From Bacteroidota bacterium (GTDB lineage Bacteria; Bacteroidota; Bacteroidia; Bacteroidales; CG2-30-32-10): a stretch of DNA of 64,000 bases. A program made the translations under genes and the position numbers. The stretch covers positions 2,200 to 66,199 of the forward strand of contig JACAAW010000002.1 of NCBI GenBank assembly GCA_013377115.1, read 5' to 3'. Numbering within the stretch: position 1 is the stretch's first letter; each line of letters begins with the position of its first letter. The notes under the pieces are model-generated. The model searched no databases and was not told where the DNA came from. It was given only the letters and a program-made list of their open reading frames with translations. Below are positions 58,818 to 64,000 of this stretch, in pieces.

Positions 58818-59082
58818 GAAAAAAGATATTTTTTTTATTTATTTTTTATTTTCAGTTTTTCCTCCTCCTGGAAAAGTGATTTTTGTAAGAACATCGAAAT
58901 ATTTCTATTTGTTTTCTTTTTTAATGTTAATCTGTATGAAATTTTCGATAAAATTAATAATAATATTGTATTAAACAAAAAGGTTTGTCTAAAATTTTAA
59001 ATGGAAAACGGATTCGTATTTGAAAATTTTTCTGTGTTAGAAAAAAAGTGACTTTTTTCTTCTGACTGTTTTAGATAATCTA

Positions 59083-59090
59083 TACATTTG
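59083..59090 (+). promoter_or_regulatory. candidate -7 box TAnnTTTG for gatE-gatD
   Basis: TACATTTG lies 35 nt upstream of the ATG at 59125. Confidence 0.3.
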
Positions 59091-59124
59091 AAAAATTGTT
59101 TTTAATAATTTTCAATTTCGCAAA

Positions 59125-61095
59125 ATGAAACAAAAATTCGACCCAGGTAAGAATTATAGAGAGTCTAAAAAAGCCATAGGTTATATTACTCGTAAAAAAG
59201 CTACTCAAAAAACGTATGATGATATAGGTTTCATGTCTGGACTTGAAATTCATCAGCAACTTTTAACAAAAGAGAAGCTTTTTTGTCGTTGTCCTGCTGG
59301 AGTTTATCAAAAACCAAATCAATATGATGCAGAAGTTGTTCGTCATATGCGTCCTACGCTAAGCGAACTTGGGGAATATGATGGAACAGCATTGATGGAA
59401 TTCAAAACAAAAAAGGAAATTGTTTATAGAATAAAAAATGAAACGACTTGTACTTACGAAGTAGATGATACTCCACCATTTCCAGTGAATAGAGAGGCTT
59501 TACAAATTGCTATCGAAATCTCATTATTATCAAAACTAAGTATTGTTGGCGAAGTTCACATTACCAGAAAACAATATTTAGATGGAAGTATCCCAACAGG
59601 TTTCCAAAGAACTGCAATTATTGGTGTTGAAGGAGAAATTCCACTTAAGAATAAAAAAGTTCGATTGATACAATTGAGCATGGAAGAAGATTCTTGTAGA
59701 GAGATTTCTGATATCGGACATACAAGAATTTATAGAACAGATAGACTTGGAATGCCTTTAATTGAAACCGTTACTTATCCAGACATGACAAATCCTGATG
59801 AAGTAATGGAAGCAGCCAATTATATCCGTTTTTTAAATAGAAGTACAGGAAAAGTTCGTACCGGTATTGGCGCAGGAAGAGAAGATGTAAACGTAAGCTG
59901 CAAAGGTGGAACCCGAGTTGAAATAAAAGGTGTTGCACACAATAAATGGATTCCTGAACTTACCCATAACGAATGTTTCAGACAATGGGCCTTGCTTCAT
60001 GTAGCAAAACTTCTAAAACAAAAAGAAAAAGATTCAAAAAAATGGAATCTTTCTTATGAATATCTTGATTTCGATTCATGTAATTTTACTCATGAACCAA
60101 TCCTTGATGCCAAATCAAAAAAATACAAATTGGTTGGTGTGAATTTGCCAAATTTTCAAGGAATTTTATCTCATTTTACCCAACCTGGAAAAATGTTTGT
60201 AAATGAAATTAGCGAAAGATTAAAAGTAATTGCTTGTTTGGAATTACCAAATATGACTCATTCAGAAGAGTTTGATTTCGTGATAGCTGACGATTGTTTT
60301 GCTAAAATAAAAAAGGTTTTAAAATCAGGCGAAAATGATGCACAAATAGTTTTCTGGGGACCAGAAGACGATGTAAAAACAGCAATAGAAACCATCGAAG
60401 AACGTTGCAGAATGGCTTTTGATGGCGTTCCAAATGAAACCAGAAAAGCATTGGTAAATGGAATTAGTATTTTCGAAAGAGTATTACCTGGGGCAGACAG
60501 AATGTACCCTGATACCGATTCTAAGCCAATTCCATTGGAAGATTCCTTTATCGAAGAATTAAGAAAAACGGTTCCTTCGGATATTATTGACAGATACAAT
60601 CAATTAAAGAAATGGGGAATTCCAGAAGATACTTATACTTTCATTTTTAAGAAGAATTTGTACCCACTTATTGAACGTATCATCACAGACCTCAAGCAAA
60701 ATCCTGTTTTTGTAGGAACATTCTTTGGTCATAAATTAAAATATGTTGAAGGTCATTACACCCCATCAACAGGTTTTACATATGAAAAAATTTACGATCT
60801 ATTTAAAGAAGTTCAATCGAAAAAAATAGACGTTGCTTTAATGAAATTACTTTTACCAGTGGTTTATCAACATCCAAAAATGGATTTTGATTCCGTTTTA
60901 ACAAGCATTAATTTCAAAAAAATTTCAAAAGATAAAATTGTTTCAAACATTTCCTTTTTGAAAGAGAAGTTCGACAAAATCAGAATTTCAAAAAAAGGTC
61001 ACGTTGAATCAAAATGGATAATGGGCGAATTAAGAAAAGTTGCCATTGGAAATATTTCATTGTCAGAACTAAAAACCCAAATCGAAAAAAAATAA
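59125..61095 (+). CDS. gatE: Glu-tRNA(Gln) amidotransferase subunit E, archaeal GatDE type
   Basis: GLEIHQQLLTKEKLFCRCP, RHMRPTLSELGEYDGTALMEF, YLDGSIPTGFQRTAIIG, RTDRLGMPLIETVTYPDM and GIGAGREDVNVSCKGGTRVEIKGV are present. At 656 aa it is much longer than GatB. An inserted domain and a helical tail are present, and gatD is adjacent. Confidence 0.85.
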   Translation: MKQKFDPGKNYRESKKAIGYITRKKATQKTYDDIGFMSGLEIHQQLLTKEKLFCRCPAGVYQKPNQYDAEVVRHMRPTLSELGEYDGTALMEFKTKKEIVYRIKNETTCTYEVDDTPPFPVNREALQIAIEISLLSKLSIVGEVHITRKQYLDGSIPTGFQRTAIIGVEGEIPLKNKKVRLIQLSMEEDSCREISDIGHTRIYRTDRLGMPLIETVTYPDMTNPDEVMEAANYIRFLNRSTGKVRTGIGAGREDVNVSCKGGTRVEIKGVAHNKWIPELTHNECFRQWALLHVAKLLKQKEKDSKKWNLSYEYLDFDSCNFTHEPILDAKSKKYKLVGVNLPNFQGILSHFTQPGKMFVNEISERLKVIACLELPNMTHSEEFDFVIADDCFAKIKKVLKSGENDAQIVFWGPEDDVKTAIETIEERCRMAFDGVPNETRKALVNGISIFERVLPGADRMYPDTDSKPIPLEDSFIEELRKTVPSDIIDRYNQLKKWGIPEDTYTFIFKKNLYPLIERIITDLKQNPVFVGTFFGHKLKYVEGHYTPSTGFTYEKIYDLFKEVQSKKIDVALMKLLLPVVYQHPKMDFDSVLTSINFKKISKDKIVSNISFLKEKFDKIRISKKGHVESKWIMGELRKVAIGNISLSELKTQIEKK

Positions 61096-61117
61096 ATTAC
61101 TGTTAAAAATAATAACA

Positions 61118-62503
61118 ATGAGCGAAGATTTTTTTCAAGGATATAAAGGTGCAGCCTTAGAAGTATTAAAAAAATATTCAGTTAGAGTATGGGGGCAAAC
61201 CGTAGTTCATACCACCAGAGGTACTTTTACGGGGACCGTATTGCCTAGATCTGAAAACGACGACGACAAGCATATTGTTGTGAAGATTGCAACAGGATAC
61301 AATATTGGTGTTGATGTTGGAAACATCACTGAAATGAGTGAAACTGGCTATAAGAAAGCCAACTATCAGATTCCAGAAAAGGAATTTCCTTATACAAAAG
61401 GATTGCCAAAAGTAAAATTAATAGGAACTGGAGGAACAATTGCTTCCAGACTTGATTATAGGACAGGTGCTGTAATTCCAGCTTTTTCTCCTGGTGAACT
61501 TTATGGTGCGGTTCCTGAATTGGCAGATATTTGTAATTTAACTACTGAAAAAGTTTTCGCTGTTTTTAGTGAAAATATGGGTCCTGAGCAATACATTAAA
61601 TTGGCAATTCAAATTGGGAAAGAAATTGAAAATGGTATCGAAGGAATCGTGATTGGCCACGGAACAGACACTTTACATTATACTGCTGCTGCTTTAACAT
61701 TTATGGTTCAAAATTCTCCAATTCCAATCGTTTTGGTTGGATCTCAAAGATCTTCTGACCGCCCTTCTTCTGATGCTGCATTAAATTTAATGCATGCTTG
61801 CACTGCAGCCGGACATGGAAATATCGCAGAAGTCATGGTTTGTATGTTTGGACCAACATCTGACGAATATGGTTTTTTACACCGCGGAACAAGAGTTAGA
61901 AAAATGCATTCCTCTTATCGTTCAACCTTTAGAACAATTGGAGATACACCATTAGCAACAGTTACAAGAAAAGGAGTAAATCCAATAAAACCAGAATACA
62001 ATCATCGCAGAAAAGACAAAAATGTAATTATCAAACCATATTTCGAAGAAAAAATTGGAATGATTTATTATTATACCAATATGCAGCCAGACATGATTGA
62101 TTCTATGGTTGACAATGGTTATAAAGGAATTATAATTATTGGAACTGGTTTGGGCCACGTAAACAAACCTCTTTATCCTGCAATTGAAAGAGCAACCAAA
62201 AAGGGAGTTGCAATTTATATGACGGTACAAACTATTTGGGGTTATGTTCACATGTTTGTATACGATACAGGTCGCGATTTAATGGCAAAAGGTGTAATTC
62301 CACTAGAAAATATGTTACCTGAAGTTGCTTATATTAAATTAGGCTGGGCAATGGGACAAACAAGCGATTTGGAAGAAGTAAAGAAAATCATGCTGACGCC
62401 AATAAACGATGAAATTACGAGACGCGAACCATATAATGGATACCTAGTTTATCAAGGAGGAGTTCCCGAAATTGAAGGTTTTATTAAAGAGCATCATAAA
62501 TAA
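61118..62503 (+). CDS. gatD: Glu-tRNA(Gln) amidotransferase subunit D (asparaginase-family glutaminase), archaeal GatDE type
   Basis: An N-terminal domain of about 95 aa (HIVVKIATGYNIGVDV) is followed by GTGGTIASRLDYRTGAV, HGTDTLHYTAAALTFM, VGSQRSSDRPSSDAALNL and RVRKMHSS. Confidence 0.88.
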   Translation: MSEDFFQGYKGAALEVLKKYSVRVWGQTVVHTTRGTFTGTVLPRSENDDDKHIVVKIATGYNIGVDVGNITEMSETGYKKANYQIPEKEFPYTKGLPKVKLIGTGGTIASRLDYRTGAVIPAFSPGELYGAVPELADICNLTTEKVFAVFSENMGPEQYIKLAIQIGKEIENGIEGIVIGHGTDTLHYTAAALTFMVQNSPIPIVLVGSQRSSDRPSSDAALNLMHACTAAGHGNIAEVMVCMFGPTSDEYGFLHRGTRVRKMHSSYRSTFRTIGDTPLATVTRKGVNPIKPEYNHRRKDKNVIIKPYFEEKIGMIYYYTNMQPDMIDSMVDNGYKGIIIIGTGLGHVNKPLYPAIERATKKGVAIYMTVQTIWGYVHMFVYDTGRDLMAKGVIPLENMLPEVAYIKLGWAMGQTSDLEEVKKIMLTPINDEITRREPYNGYLVYQGGVPEIEGFIKEHHK

Positions 62504-62514
62504 GAAAACAATAT

Positions 62515-63882
62515 TTGAAAGCGACAAAACTATTAATAATTTTCCTGCTTCTTAATGTTACCGTTTTTTCACAAAATTCAGTAACAAAAACCAATATTCT
62601 AATTCCTAAAAAAAACAATCTCAATAAATACGGCTATATTGATGATAAAGGAATTCTAAAAATTGAATATCAATTTGATGTTGCAGATTCTTTTATTGGT
62701 GATCTTGCAAAAGTGAAGCAAGAGGAAAAATTTGCATTAATTGATACAACAGGAAAAGTAAAAACTTCTTGGTACAATGAAATCGGCATTTTTTGCGAAG
62801 GAATTGCCTTTGTAAGAAAAAATGAAAAATACGCCTATATAAATCAAACAGGTAAATGTTTTACGAAATGGTTTACTGATGCCGGTTCCTTTGCAAACGG
62901 AATTGCCGCTGTGGGTTTTGATGAGAAAAAAGGTTTTATCAATAAAAATGGCGAATTGATTTCTGAACTTTTTGATGGTGTTGTGCCTTTTTCAGAAAAT
63001 TTTGCAGGCGTAATGCAAGATAATAAATGGGGCTTTATTGATTCTACTGGGAAAATTGCAATAAGCGTTCAATATGATCAAATTTATCCTTTCTCTAAAG
63101 GATTAGCTGGGGTTTTATTAAATGGAAAATGGGGGTTTATTGACAATAAAGGAATTCTTGTGATTCCTGCCGATTTTGATTTTGCCTATTCGTTTGAAGG
63201 GAAATTTGCAAAAGTTCAGAAAAATTATAAATGGGGATATATTGATAAATCTGGAAAAGTTTTAATCGATTGGTTTGATGACGTGTCTGATTTTAACGAA
63301 AGTTTTTCAAAAGTAAAAAAAGATGGAAAATATAGTTTTATTAGTCAAACAGACACTCTGAAAGTTGCATGGTTTGATGAATGTGGGAATTTTTCTAATG
63401 GCTTGGCAAAAGTTTTAAGTGAAGGGAAATGGGGATATCTTGACTCTCGAGGTAATCTTGCAATAAATTATCAATTTTTAGAAGCAGATCAATTTAGTGA
63501 AGGATTTGCAAAAGTTAAGTTGACGAAAAAATGGACTTATATTAATCGTGCAGGAACTGTAATTTCTGAAAGTTTTGAGGAAGGACAGCCTTTTGCCGAA
63601 GGGATGGCGATGGTAATGCGTGATGAAAAATATGGATATATTGATAAAAACGGAGCCGTTGTTGTTCCCTTTATTTATAATTTAGGATATTCATTTGCCG
63701 AAGGATTGGCAGGCGTTATGAAAGATGGTCTTTGGGGATTTATTGATAAAACGGGGACTGCAGTTATCGATTATAAATATTCGTTTGCTTATTCTTTTTC
63801 GAAAGGCTTTGCTTTGGTGAAGAAAAACGAGGTGATGTTTTACATCAATCCGAAAGATGAGTGTATTAAAAATTGTCCTTAA
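62515..63882 (+). CDS. WG-repeat-containing secreted protein
   Basis: TTG start and a signal peptide. About a dozen repeats of roughly 35 aa follow, with KWGFID / KWGYID / KYGYID cores. Confidence 0.85.
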   Translation: MKATKLLIIFLLLNVTVFSQNSVTKTNILIPKKNNLNKYGYIDDKGILKIEYQFDVADSFIGDLAKVKQEEKFALIDTTGKVKTSWYNEIGIFCEGIAFVRKNEKYAYINQTGKCFTKWFTDAGSFANGIAAVGFDEKKGFINKNGELISELFDGVVPFSENFAGVMQDNKWGFIDSTGKIAISVQYDQIYPFSKGLAGVLLNGKWGFIDNKGILVIPADFDFAYSFEGKFAKVQKNYKWGYIDKSGKVLIDWFDDVSDFNESFSKVKKDGKYSFISQTDTLKVAWFDECGNFSNGLAKVLSEGKWGYLDSRGNLAINYQFLEADQFSEGFAKVKLTKKWTYINRAGTVISESFEEGQPFAEGMAMVMRDEKYGYIDKNGAVVVPFIYNLGYSFAEGLAGVMKDGLWGFIDKTGTAVIDYKYSFAYSFSKGFALVKKNEVMFYINPKDECIKNCP

Positions 63883-64000
63883 TTATTGTAGACAAAATTC
63901 AGCGGCACTTTCCCCTGCTACATATCCAGTAGAAAAGGCAATTTGTAAATTGTAACCTCCGGTATCTGCATCCAAATCTAAAATTTCACCAGCAACAAAA
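63883..64000 (-). CDS. C-terminal end of an HI0933/BaiN-like NAD(P)/FAD-dependent oxidoreductase (partial)
   Basis: The reverse strand reads ...[38 protein letters not shown]. This is the characteristic C-terminal GGYNLQ motif of that flavoprotein family. Confidence 0.55.
   Translation of the reverse strand, partial: FVAGEILDLDADTGGYNLQIAFSTGYVAGESAAEFCLQ

Noticed and set aside
58716-59000. 94-aa plus-strand ORF upstream of gatE
   Set aside because: It starts antisense inside copy 2 of the 148-aa gene and runs through its promoter region. Its composition is extremely Phe/Leu/Ile/Asn-biased.
59125-61095. The gatE candidate as an ordinary bacterial GatB
   Set aside because: It is about 170 aa too long and contains the insertion domain and tail typical of GatE. 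Its neighbour is an asparaginase-family GatD rather than GatA or GatC.
61118-62503. The gatD candidate as a stand-alone L-asparaginase
   Set aside because: It has the extra N-terminal domain of about 95 aa (…HIVVKIATGYNIGVDV…) characteristic of GatD, and it lies 22 nt downstream of gatE.

Overview
Visibly AT-rich chromosomal window from a member of the Bacteroidota. Supporting markers are S46 dipeptidyl-peptidases, a glmS / DUF4270-like / short glycogen synthase / panCD arrangement, a bactofilin-atpZ-atpBEFHAG operon without atpDC, a SprE/PorW-like TPR lipoprotein, WG-repeat and PD40/OmpA proteins, and TAnnTTTG -7 boxes.

Positions 1-43 kb are mostly housekeeping:
- cell envelope and cofactor genes
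- two tandem hybrid sensor kinases
- rseP-dxr
- the F-type ATPase operon
- ferritin, cyclophilin, an SPFH protein and glyQS
- two tandem multi-PAS HisKA_2 kinases
- a korAB / 2x ferredoxin / sucAB 2-oxoglutarate cluster

Positions 43-64 kb look accessory. Two S46 peptidase paralogs flank an OmpA/PD40 protein. An island follows at about 50.4-58.8 kb. In it, an ECF sigma factor and a TPR anti-sigma-like pair converge on an operon of exclusively exported proteins:
- a peptidase C14 caspase-fold protein
- a CHAT protease
- two paralogous 213/233-aa proteins
- a 148-aa protein whose gene occurs twice as a near-identical direct repeat bracketing the island

A shared promoter-like motif and a recurring K-T-R-G peptide tie the parts of this island together.

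Immediately downstream is an adjacent gatE-gatD pair of the archaeal type (GatDE Glu-tRNA(Gln) amidotransferase), which is unexpected in a bacterium.

I recognised no rRNA, tRNA, CRISPR array, transposase or integrase. All family assignments come from reading motifs by eye; no searches were run.
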